NCBI GenBank assembly: GCA_023391015.1
Contig: JAEWBT010000047.1
Location: 8,119-72,118 of the forward strand
Direction of reading: 5' to 3'
Source: Bacteroidota bacterium
Lineage (GTDB): Bacteria > Bacteroidota > Bacteroidia > Chitinophagales > Chitinophagaceae
Length of the DNA stretch: 64,000 bases
Shown: positions 27,126 to 35,856 of the stretch, piece by piece
Layout: each line of letters begins with the position of its first letter
Position numbering within the stretch: the stretch's first letter is position 1
The notes under the pieces: model-generated
Databases searched by the model: none
Told to the model about the DNA's origin: nothing
The model's input: only the letters and a program-made list of their open reading frames with translations
Translations under genes and position numbers: made by a program

Positions 27126-29869
27126 GGCAGAAGGATTTTGAATCGAACCTTAAATTCGGAATTGCCTATTTCTCTAGGCGTTGCTATAAGTATCTCCCCT
27201 TTATGACTCGCTACAATACGTTTGGTGTGAAAACCACCGAAGCCAGTTCCACCTCTTCGGTTAGAGGTTAGTCCTTGCGATAAAAATTGCTCTCTATTAA
27301 ATCCCTCAGGGAAGGGTGCCCCATTATTTTCTACAATGATCTCGTTATAATCTTCAAAAGATTTCCTTTTGGACAAGCGGATGTTGATTATATTAGTATG
27401 TTTAGGTGTGTCTTTTTTAAAGCCGTGTTTAATAGCATTTTCAATTAAGCGCTTAAAAAGAAGTTCCAGTTGATATCTATCACCTTCTATTTCCAGTTCT
27501 TCACCTTTGATATTTATAATGCAATTAGCGGTGCTAAATACAGGCTTGACCACTTTTGATAAAAAATCCTTCAAACTTATCTTTTCTGGCTGGAACCCCC
27601 CACTTCCAATATTCAAAATGGCCTCTGCTTTTGACAAAGTGCTTTGTGCTTCTTTGACAGCTGATTTCATTCTTTCTATAATTGTCTGAAGTCGGAAGCT
27701 AGAAAGTTCCTCCTCGCCTTGTCCTGGTAATGCTTCCACAGTTAGATCAGTCCAGTTAATAGGATGCTGGGTATTTACCTTTTCTTCTAGAAATTCTTGT
27801 AAAGAGTTTATATCCATTCCTAAAGTAGAAACTGGCTGTTTAATTTCATGCTTCAAAGTAGCAATGACATTGTATAAATCATCTTCGCGCTGCTGTGCAT
27901 TAATTTGTTGTTCTACTTGAAGCTTTTTTCCGTAAAAAGAGGCAACGAATTTGCGCTGCTCATCTAAAGAAAGCACTTTAATTCTCACTTTTAATAAGTC
28001 TGCCTTGCTAAAGTGAGGGACACCTATATTGTGACGAATTGTCTCTATCTGCTTTAGTACTTCTTCGCTCTCCAGTTGTGTAATAAGGTATTCTGGAAGT
28101 AGCCTCTCTTGATCAGTCGCAATAACGATGATATTAGGATTGCATAAAGCGTCACCCGTGTACTTATAAAGGGTTGGCTTAAGCTTGGTACCAACCTTGG
28201 CAATTAAGATTGCATCATTAGGAATATAGTTAGGGTTACGAGAGAGTAATTCTGGATCGGAAACAAATGAATTTGCACGGGTCTGATCAATTTCATTAAT
28301 TCCTTCCTGATCAGGTAGATCACCAACCTGAATATAGGGAATACCCTCTGTCTTATTGAGATTGCTTTTAGGAACCCCTGTGCCAGTACCCACATATTTT
28401 GTTAATTCACTCAGTGAGCTATAAGAGTCATCAAATATCTGGTCATTGAGATGACGCTTGGGTTCTAAGTTGTAGGAACCTTCAGATAATGCTTTATAAT
28501 TTACTATACCCGAATTATAAATATCCGCAACGTTTTTTCGAAATGCGCTAACTATATAGCTACTTTTTTTCTCGAATTCATCCATCGAATAAGATGATCC
28601 GTCAAGCATAAAAATGCCATCTGTATGCTTACCTAACTCTATGATTAGCACTGAGCAAGCCACAGATGAAAAGGGTTTAAAACTATCCTTTGGGAGTGAG
28701 ATAATTCCCTTAAGTAGATGGTTTCGCACCAAATACTGACGAATAATAGTGTAGTCTTGTTTTGTACTAAACAAAAAGCTGTCTGGTACTATTAAAACCA
28801 TCTTGCCCGAAAGGTTTAGAGCAGAAAGTCCAATAGAAAGCGCAGCAAGCACACTGTCAACAGTATTTGAGTTAGAGGTAAGAAGCGGGATTGAAGGATG
28901 ACTATCCCAAAAGGCTCTTCTTGGAATAGACACTTTTCTTCCAAAGGCTGGAGAACTTATTACCAAGTCAATTTTCTCCAGTCTCTCGTTATATAGAATG
29001 GAATCTTCAGATTCGTATATAAAATCTGTACAGCCGCTGCTAAGAAGATGTAAAGCACCAAGTAAGCGTAAATTTTTATCCTGTTCAATACCAATAATAA
29101 AAGGTACGCGCTCTTTATTCTTATGAAAAGCCGCTGAGATCAATGTTCCATTTCCTGCAAATGGATCAAATATCTTACCATTGTTGCCTACTTCATAAAA
29201 CGACCCTATGAACTTAGCCAAAGCAGCAGGAACATAATAATGACCTTGCGTAAATGTCAATTCACTAATCGCCTCACTAATAAAATTGCTAAAGTGAACT
29301 TCCTCCAGAATTTCAACTTCCTGAAGCATTTCTAGAATTTGACACAATTCGGGGAGGAGTGGACCTCGAATGTCACTTAGTATTCTAATCAATTCATGAA
29401 ATACATATGGCTGATGAACTAATTCTCCAGTACTGGATAGGAGATAGAACAAATCATTCAGCTCTACTTTGCTGCTTAAATTTAACTTCACTTGGGAAGC
29501 CCTCCAAAAAGAATAAATTAAGCCGACTGCTAGAGAATTGGCTAAAGGAGAAGAGATCCTTGATTCTTTAGCTAACTCCGTAATCCTTTTATAGGCTTCC
29601 TTATAGTACACAATTGACTTGTTCGGAAGTCGTACTAAACCGTTGTTACTAACGTCAAATAGAGCTTTATAACGAGCTAATCTTGCGGTTAGTTGCGCCG
29701 TTGTAATGTCTTTTCCGTCCCTCCGGTAGTATAGACCAAGCTCATTGATTGTATCAGTAATTTCATTGAGATACATTGGCTCCTGACTACTCATGAGTAT
29801 AACTTGCACAGCTTCATGCAATGTCATTTTACCAGTCTTCTCTGGAGTCAACGGTGATTTTCTCAACAT
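27122..29869 (-). CDS. 915-aa fusion: HARE-HTH + N6-MTase-like domain (degenerate motif IV) + single TRD + HisKA/HATPase_c histidine kinase
   Basis: N-terminus: MTLHEAVQVIL...MYLNEITDTI (HARE-HTH-like). Motif I: IFDPFAGNGT. Motif IV position reads VISSPAFG rather than NPPF/Y. TRD-like middle region. H-box: ATLKHEIKQPVSTL. N-box: LIENAIKHGF. G-boxes: VENNGAPF and GGTGFGGF. No TM segment. Confidence 0.7.
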   Translation of the reverse strand: MLRKSPLTPEKTGKMTLHEAVQVILMSSQEPMYLNEITDTINELGLYYRRDGKDITTAQLTARLARYKALFDVSNNGLVRLPNKSIVYYKEAYKRITELAKESRISSPLANSLAVGLIYSFWRASQVKLNLSSKVELNDLFYLLSSTGELVHQPYVFHELIRILSDIRGPLLPELCQILEMLQEVEILEEVHFSNFISEAISELTFTQGHYYVPAALAKFIGSFYEVGNNGKIFDPFAGNGTLISAAFHKNKERVPFIIGIEQDKNLRLLGALHLLSSGCTDFIYESEDSILYNERLEKIDLVISSPAFGRKVSIPRRAFWDSHPSIPLLTSNSNTVDSVLAALSIGLSALNLSGKMVLIVPDSFLFSTKQDYTIIRQYLVRNHLLKGIISLPKDSFKPFSSVACSVLIIELGKHTDGIFMLDGSSYSMDEFEKKSSYIVSAFRKNVADIYNSGIVNYKALSEGSYNLEPKRHLNDQIFDDSYSSLSELTKYVGTGTGVPKSNLNKTEGIPYIQVGDLPDQEGINEIDQTRANSFVSDPELLSRNPNYIPNDAILIAKVGTKLKPTLYKYTGDALCNPNIIVIATDQERLLPEYLITQLESEEVLKQIETIRHNIGVPHFSKADLLKVRIKVLSLDEQRKFVASFYGKKLQVEQQINAQQREDDLYNVIATLKHEIKQPVSTLGMDINSLQEFLEEKVNTQHPINWTDLTVEALPGQGEEELSSFRLQTIIERMKSAVKEAQSTLSKAEAILNIGSGGFQPEKISLKDFLSKVVKPVFSTANCIINIKGEELEIEGDRYQLELLFKRLIENAIKHGFKKDTPKHTNIINIRLSKRKSFEDYNEIIVENNGAPFPEGFNREQFLSQGLTSNRRGGTGFGGFHTKRIVASHKGEILIATPREIGNSEFKVRFKILLP

Positions 29870-29880
29870 AGCTAAACGCT

Positions 29881-30504
29881 TTAATTTTTGTAGAAATCCT
29901 TACTTGTGTCTTCTTTATCCCGAATCTTCTGATTGAAGCGCTGGCGGGCATTGCGCTCTTCCAACATCACCTCACGTAGGCCTGCTTCGTCTTTAGAGAA
30001 CGAGATGGTGTTGGTAATAGAAATGTGCGTGGCTGCTGTTTGAACATTATGATCGGTACCGATATAGGTGAACGTCCAGCCTTTCTGTTGCAGCTTTTCC
30101 ACTAGCTTTTTAATATCGGTACGCTTCCATTCTACCGAAGCGTTTTCTTCGCCGTCGGTGAAGATGGTTACGAGTACGTTGTATTCCTTCACATCACTCA
30201 GTTCTGTGTGGAGTTTGCTGACAGCAAAACCCATCGCGTCGTAGAGTGGAGTGGAAGCGTCCGGTTGGTATTTGTTCTCGTCAATGAGAGTAGCTTCGGC
30301 TACCGGCTGACTCCACAGATGCACTTTCCGGCCAGCGCCATTGAAAGTGATAAAAGAGACGCGGTGCTCTTGTTCCGGAAACTGGGCCTCCATTGCTTTT
30401 GCCGTCTGGATGATTTCGTTGAAACTTTGGATGGTGGGCTTCTTGATGCTTTCCATGGAGCCGCTTTCGTCTAGGATAATCAGGTTATGGACAAGGTGTT
30501 TCAT
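29881..30504 (-). CDS. von Willebrand factor A (vWA) domain protein
   Basis: MIDAS motif ILDESGSM, plus STPLYD and TIFTDGEEN. Confidence 0.75.
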   Translation of the reverse strand: MKHLVHNLIILDESGSMESIKKPTIQSFNEIIQTAKAMEAQFPEQEHRVSFITFNGAGRKVHLWSQPVAEATLIDENKYQPDASTPLYDAMGFAVSKLHTELSDVKEYNVLVTIFTDGEENASVEWKRTDIKKLVEKLQQKGWTFTYIGTDHNVQTAATHISITNTISFSKDEAGLREVMLEERNARQRFNQKIRDKEDTSKDFYKN

Positions 30505-30571
30505 AAAGGTGCTGGTTTAGGCCGTTAGAAAAACAAATGTGCATGCACCTTGTGCAGCCTATTTGCACAAA

Positions 30572-31573
30572 TCAGTTATAGGCCTGTAATCCTTCTTGAA
30601 ACAAGTTGCCCATTTGCTCCCGCAGAGACGATGGGGAAAGTACCTCAATGCTAGGGCCATAGCTGAGCAAATGACTCCGCAGCTCATAGTTGTTGAAGAC
30701 GGTTAGTCGGACCGTCATGCAGTCCTCCTCTTCGGCTACAATCTCCTGTGAAGTATGAATAGGCTTGGTGCGCACATAGTAGCACTGAATCCCTTTGACG
30801 CGAATAAGAATCTCTTGCGGCACTTCTCCGGCAGGAACTGAGACGCCAATGAGGCTATGGAAAAAGCTCTGCGGGTCGAAGAGTGTGTTGGGAATAAAGT
30901 CGCAGGTAGCCGGTTTTAATTTCTGAATGCGATCAAGTGCCAGCACGGTATGCGTAGGGGAATCATCCTTCCGGCCCATAAGAAACCAACGTCCCCGATA
31001 TTCTTTGAGGAGATAGGGATGGATACACCAGATCTGTGCTTCTGCCATCTGGAAAGACTGATAGGTAATGTGAAGCGGCAGTTGTGTCCGGATGGCCTGC
31101 AACAGGTCGTCCAAAAACTGGCTACCAGAGGCCTGGATATGTTGTTCAAAAAGAATCGCAGGCGTGGTGGCTTCTGTGGTAACGGAAGCGGCGTGTTCCA
31201 GTTTTTTGATAACTGCCTCTATATCATCAATAACGACTAAGCTCCCAATTTGCCGCAGCATCGGAACAAGTTCTCGGAGATAGCTGACTTCTTCACTTGC
31301 GAGAGGTAATTTCCGGATGGAAAAGTCTTTATCGCTGTAGCTGTAATAGACCTTCCCGTTTTCCGTACGCTTCTCTAGCGGCGCGTGGAGTTCATTGACC
31401 AGATGCTTTAAGTCATTGAACAAAGTGCGCTTTGCAATCTTCTTATGCCAGTTTGCTTCTAGTTTCTCATTGACTTCCTCCAACAAAGCTTCTATGTCCC
31501 ATTGCTTGCCGAAACGTCGTAAGCATGTATCAAGCACTTCAAGACGATAGGAGAATTCTTTGGTAGCGGGCAT
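30572..31573 (-). CDS. HTH-WYL domain transcriptional regulator (BrxR/CapW-like position at the head of the defence array)
   Basis: 333 aa. WYL-type core IHPYLLKEYRGRWFLMGR, followed by a WCX-like C-terminus. Confidence 0.7.
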   Translation of the reverse strand: MPATKEFSYRLEVLDTCLRRFGKQWDIEALLEEVNEKLEANWHKKIAKRTLFNDLKHLVNELHAPLEKRTENGKVYYSYSDKDFSIRKLPLASEEVSYLRELVPMLRQIGSLVVIDDIEAVIKKLEHAASVTTEATTPAILFEQHIQASGSQFLDDLLQAIRTQLPLHITYQSFQMAEAQIWCIHPYLLKEYRGRWFLMGRKDDSPTHTVLALDRIQKLKPATCDFIPNTLFDPQSFFHSLIGVSVPAGEVPQEILIRVKGIQCYYVRTKPIHTSQEIVAEEEDCMTVRLTVFNNYELRSHLLSYGPSIEVLSPSSLREQMGNLFQEGLQAYN

Positions 31574-31742
31574 GTGTACAGTTGGTTCTGTAATGATTGA
31601 AAACGTAGCTTAGAATAAAGAAGGAATTGTGAGTGCTGTCTTACGGAGTGATTCGTGGGGCTTTGATAACTCTAGGCTTGTAAAGCAAAACAATTTTACG
31701 TTGGGTTATTTACTTCTGCTATTATCCTGCTAAATAAGCAGA

Positions 31743-32186
31743 CTAATTTACGTCATACACTCTTCCAGAAACACCTGTCATGTGGTATGCGTAAAGTCTT
31801 CCGTTTTTCACCCCTCTGCTCAGTATCACAGAGAGCGTCTTTCGGGGATCATTCCAATTCACCAGTTTGTGATCTTTATCCCGCTGCTCTAAATGCCGCA
31901 AAATCTGCGCTGCATTCATGGGCTCGTCACCAACATCTTCAATACAGTGAACGACCTTCTCCAGCCACGTCTTGTCCTCGTAAGCAGCATCCCCCGAACG
32001 CAGGTAAGTTATTTCCTGCTTTAACTTCCCCATTTGGCTCTCAAGGCTCTGAATATATCTATTTTGCCTCTCCAGAATATCTTTCAAGACGGATACAGAC
32101 ACTTCTGCTATTTCTAATCGGTCCTTTAGAGATAGTTCTTTTGGTTTCGCACCTATTTCTGATGCGGTTTGATTTTGGTTTTCCAT
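31743..32186 (-). CDS. hypothetical protein (coiled coil + winged-helix-like C-terminus)
   Basis: 147-aa ORF with protein-like composition. No catalytic motif recognised. Confidence 0.5.
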   Translation of the reverse strand: MENQNQTASEIGAKPKELSLKDRLEIAEVSVSVLKDILERQNRYIQSLESQMGKLKQEITYLRSGDAAYEDKTWLEKVVHCIEDVGDEPMNAAQILRHLEQRDKDHKLVNWNDPRKTLSVILSRGVKNGRLYAYHMTGVSGRVYDVN

Positions 32187-32286
32187 GCTTCTTGATTTAA
32201 AAAGACGTGTAAATGCATTCTTTTCGCCGCAGAATAGGGGCGTTTGAGGTGGTTTGGGCTCCTTTTAGAGCTGTTTCACCGCCTTT

Positions 32287-32459
32287 GCTAACAGGTTGCC
32301 TACAGCTAATAACCTGTTTTCGGTGCGTTTGCTAACAGTTACCTTACAACTACTGTACAGCCTGCTTACAACAATCCTACAGTTCGCTAACAAGCCGCTT
32401 ACCACTTGCTTACAAGTATTCTACAGCTCGGTGTTGTTTTCTAAAAGGTACCTAACAAC
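32287..32459. repeat. intergenic array of at least 8 degenerate CT(A/T)ACA(A/G) motifs interleaved with CTACAG
   Basis: GCTAACAG at 32287 and 32331; CTTACAAC at 32343; GCTTACAAC at 32364; GCTAACAAG at 32386; GCTTACAAG at 32408; CCTAACAAC at 32451; C/TCTACAG at 32299, 32376 and 32420. Confidence 0.5.
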
Positions 32460-32470
32460 CGTTTGTGGTT

Positions 32471-32815
32471 TTACTGCGCTTTGTCACGCAGTTTAGCTCT
32501 GATCTGTGTTACAGAATCCTTTTTGCCTTCCTGAAGCCAAGTGTCTAACTCGCTTTTCCGGAATAATAAGCGCTTTGCCCGTTTAATGAATGGAATCTTC
32601 CGGCTGGAAGTAAAGCCATAGACGGTCTGTTTAGACAGTCTTAGGTATTTGGCTGCCTGTTCAACGTTTAAATACTCCGGCAAGGCAGCATTGTTGTCAG
32701 GCAATTCTTGTTGTGGATTTGAGTCCTGTTCGTTTTCAGGACGGATAACATCGCGTACAGTCTCTGCAATTATTTGGCGCAGCTCATCGGGGGTGGTGAG
32801 AATGATCTTCTCCAT
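32471..32815 (-). CDS. excisionase-type (MerR-like HTH_17) DNA-binding protein
   Basis: LNVEQAAKYLRLSKQTVYGFTSSRKIPFIKRAKRLLFRKSELDTWL. ATG at 32815 preferred. Confidence 0.65.
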   Translation of the reverse strand: MEKIILTTPDELRQIIAETVRDVIRPENEQDSNPQQELPDNNAALPEYLNVEQAAKYLRLSKQTVYGFTSSRKIPFIKRAKRLLFRKSELDTWLQEGKKDSVTQIRAKLRDKAQ

Positions 32816-32921
32816 AAGTCTATAAGAGGTTTTAAAGGTTCTTGGTTGTTCTCGTTTTGAGAAGGCAAAGCTGAACCTCATATGGCCCCTCGACCTATAG
32901 GGCAGGTCACCCAAAAATTTC

Positions 32922-33764
32922 TTACTGATCCGTAATTTCTTCCTCGCCCTTTTTTTCTCTTGCTCTGATTTTTTGGGTTAAATCGCTATTCTCTGCTAGT
33001 ATTTCTTTGAAGATCGGTTGATCTTTGAAAGGCTCTAGGCAATCCCTTACAAACTTTAAATCCTCTAAGCTGTATTTTGTTTTGGAGGCAGGTAAAGCAT
33101 CTCTATACCCGTTATATAGTGAGCTTTTGTTCATAACCACATTACCCTTCGTATTGACAGGAGGTGTCTTTGCGGAGAGTAAATGCAGTAGCCTAGCGAT
33201 ATCTGTTTTGGATGCGGAATTGGCCTTTAGTATTTGACCAAGAAGTAAATAGAAAGCATAAGACTGCTGCTTAATCGTGTACTCCCGTTTCGCTCCCTGT
33301 TTTTGTTTAGGCACCACCGTAGCAGTGGTTGCCTTTGATTGTTCGATAGGCAGAGAAAGGAGTTCCTTTTCCAGAAACGAGCATATTTTTTCTTTAGTTA
33401 GGGCTTCCTTTATTCTTTCTTTGAGCTGAAGAAAGTGATCCTCTGTGATTGCTTCTGTATTAAAATACTCTTGCAAAAAGTCAACTGCCTCAGTAACGAT
33501 TCCAGAGTCGTCTGAAAGTTGGTCGCCTATATTTTCTCCTCTCTCTTTCCGTATCTGGTTGTAAAATTCAATGAGAGCTGGGTTAGCACCCTTATACTGC
33601 TTATACAGCTTTTTAGCAAAAGAGGCCCTTTGTCTTACTGTCTTTAAAAGATAGTCGTCCTTGATTTCTTGAAGGGTATTTTTTACAATACCTTTTAGCT
33701 CCCTCTCTAAGTCATTTATTATCTGAATAGAGTTTCGGTAGATTTCAAGGTTGCAGAGTGACAC
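32922..33764 (-). CDS. hypothetical protein
   Basis: 280-aa ORF with a GTG start, so the start is uncertain. No recognisable motif. Confidence 0.45.
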   Translation of the reverse strand: MSLCNLEIYRNSIQIINDLERELKGIVKNTLQEIKDDYLLKTVRQRASFAKKLYKQYKGANPALIEFYNQIRKERGENIGDQLSDDSGIVTEAVDFLQEYFNTEAITEDHFLQLKERIKEALTKEKICSFLEKELLSLPIEQSKATTATVVPKQKQGAKREYTIKQQSYAFYLLLGQILKANSASKTDIARLLHLLSAKTPPVNTKGNVVMNKSSLYNGYRDALPASKTKYSLEDLKFVRDCLEPFKDQPIFKEILAENSDLTQKIRAREKKGEEEITDQ

Positions 33765-34238
33765 AGGAGCAGATGATTTAAGTAGCTCAAAATAAGTATC
33801 AGGCAGTCATTGCGCCAAATTGCATATCGCTCATACTGCTCTAAATGTCTTCGGTGTTCTTTTTCTATTGGTCTTTGCAGATCTAGCCTTTTGTATCAGC
33901 ACCCAGAATGTGCTAGTTCTCTTTGTCTATAAGCTTGTAGAGCGTGCTACGGCCCTATATTTTGTTCCGGCTTTTGGTAAATATTTGTTCCCACATGCCG
34001 GATTTGAAGCGCAATTCGACACCGTCGTAGTGGTGAGGTTTTACGAGTTGTACCGAATGGTAATGACCAGTGGAGGTAGGGAAACTGCTCTTGGTAATCG
34101 TCATCGCTTATTCCTCATTACGCAGGGGTATAAGTCCAGACTTTGGAGACGGTGCAAATATATTTGTTATTACTGAGAAGCAGCAAAAAGTTCAGGACTC
34201 TCATTAGGTGGTAAAACTCTGTAAACATGGGCTACCTC

Positions 34239-35069
34239 TTAGTAAGCTTCACCTTTGTATAGGCTGCCGTTGTCAGTATATCTAATTTTTAAGTCAGCAA
34301 GAATTCTATCTTCGGGCAAGATTGTAATTTTACATGCATGATAATCATCTAACCACTTTTCATCAGTTATTGAAGCTGTAATAGCCCCTCTTTCGCCCTC
34401 TTTCAAGAATGTCCATTTGGGCTTGTCGTCAAGAAGCTCGATTCTTTTGAACTTAAGAACAGTTAGAGCCGTGTTTTCATACTGCTGCTGTCCGAGTTCA
34501 TAAAGTAATTTTGGTTTGTTTATTGAGATTGCGATAGAAAGATTAGCAACACCATCATTAGATTTATACTCAAAGCGCTCATCTACCTTTAGATTACTGC
34601 AGATAGTCTGAGCTTTTTCCAATAATATCACTAGCGCAAAGAGATTTACTTCCCCAACAATCATCCCAGCAGCTACAAGTTGCCTAGATGCCCTTTTTAT
34701 TCTTTTAAGAAGAGCATCAAGTTGTCTCCTTGTTAAAATCTCCCTTTCTCCTTCAAGCCAAGCAATCAAATCATACTTGACGCGAACAAGGAGGGTACCA
34801 ACTAGTTTTTTCCATTCTAAATCCTTTATAGCATCATCTGGAACTGCTTTAAGCAATTGAGCGACCCTTGCTCTAATAGAACCGAACTGAACATCTTCCA
34901 ATTCATATTCAGGGGCTGCATTATAGCTAATTGATCTTAGAACGAGGCGATCAAATTCTTGCAGAAATTCACTGAACTTCTGAATTGAGTTGAATGAAAC
35001 ATGAAGGTTCTTTCTTTCCTGAAAGAGGTAAGCAACTTCAAATATCTCGAGAGGGTTTGCTGTCGCCAA
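34239..35069 (-). CDS. hypothetical protein (AT-rich cluster)
   Basis: 276-aa ORF in a strongly AT-rich segment. No recognisable motif. Confidence 0.5.
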   Translation of the reverse strand: MATANPLEIFEVAYLFQERKNLHVSFNSIQKFSEFLQEFDRLVLRSISYNAAPEYELEDVQFGSIRARVAQLLKAVPDDAIKDLEWKKLVGTLLVRVKYDLIAWLEGEREILTRRQLDALLKRIKRASRQLVAAGMIVGEVNLFALVILLEKAQTICSNLKVDERFEYKSNDGVANLSIAISINKPKLLYELGQQQYENTALTVLKFKRIELLDDKPKWTFLKEGERGAITASITDEKWLDDYHACKITILPEDRILADLKIRYTDNGSLYKGEAY

Positions 35070-35214
35070 GGACTTGTATGGTTAAATTCTGGTTTAAAAA
35101 ACAAGATTGAACGTTCTGAAACAACTTTTTTCTAGAATTATTGAGAAACCATCTTTGAGCATAGAATTTTATATTTTTGCATTATATTTAAAATCATTAA
35201 GCATGCATACTTAG

Positions 35215-35856
35215 TCATGACCGTAATATTTCTGCTAATTGCATCTTCACTAACTCAAATTCAGTATATGGCATCTCTATCCTGTTAAACTCAATTATAT
35301 CCTCTTTCGATACTTTACTGAACACAAGCGGTGGATCGCTAGATACTATTTCTGTATATAAGATAGTAACTGAAAATTGTTCACTAGAATTTATTGACTC
35401 ATGAAATTCAGTTGATTCGACAGAGTAATATTCTCCCATCTGCATCACTTGGGTAGTTTCAGGTATCAAATAGTACCTGCCTGGCAATTTTGTAAGCATT
35501 GAACTACCCTCCATATATTCAACACGAAATAATTCACCAGCATCATCAAACTGAGATTCTTGAACTTTATATGTATTATTAATAATTGTACCGTGCAGAA
35601 CTAAACTTTTGAAATTAAAAGTATGGTTATGAATTAACAGGTTGTCATCTTGCACTTTTGCATCACTTGCCCATATATGAAGACGTAGTGCGATTTGGTC
35701 TGTTACATTACCAAGACTAAAAGAATAAAAACCAAGAGGATGGTATTTTCCAACAATATTCAAGTCAGGAAAGCACTTCAAAAGAGCAATCTTTATTTCG
35801 TCTACAGGACGTTCTTTATATAGACTTTGATACAAGTTAGTTAGATGGTTATCCAT
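35215..35856 (-). CDS. hypothetical protein (His-rich beta-type core, possibly cupin-like)
   Basis: 213 aa. LRLHIW...LLIHNHTFNFKSLVLHG is reminiscent of metal-binding cupin cores, a weak resemblance. It overlaps the upstream gene by 8 bp. Confidence 0.5.
   Translation of the reverse strand: MDNHLTNLYQSLYKERPVDEIKIALLKCFPDLNIVGKYHPLGFYSFSLGNVTDQIALRLHIWASDAKVQDDNLLIHNHTFNFKSLVLHGTIINNTYKVQESQFDDAGELFRVEYMEGSSMLTKLPGRYYLIPETTQVMQMGEYYSVESTEFHESINSSEQFSVTILYTEIVSSDPPLVFSKVSKEDIIEFNRIEMPYTEFELVKMQLAEILRS

Noticed and set aside
32296-32496. 66-aa plus-strand ORF in the spacer between 32186 and 32471.
   Set aside because: Its sequence (LLT... repeats) is just the translation of the CT(A/T)ACA(A/G) DNA repeat array. 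I treat it as a non-coding repeat region.
33931-34104. 57-aa minus-strand ORF (MTITKSSFPTSTGHYHSVQLVKPHHYDGVELRFKSG...) and the opposite 118-aa plus-strand ORF at 33820-34176.
   Set aside because: Neither has recognisable motifs, and the plus-strand ORF is hydrophobic and low-complexity. The region may be a gene remnant at the boundary of the AT-rich segment, but I cannot support a call.
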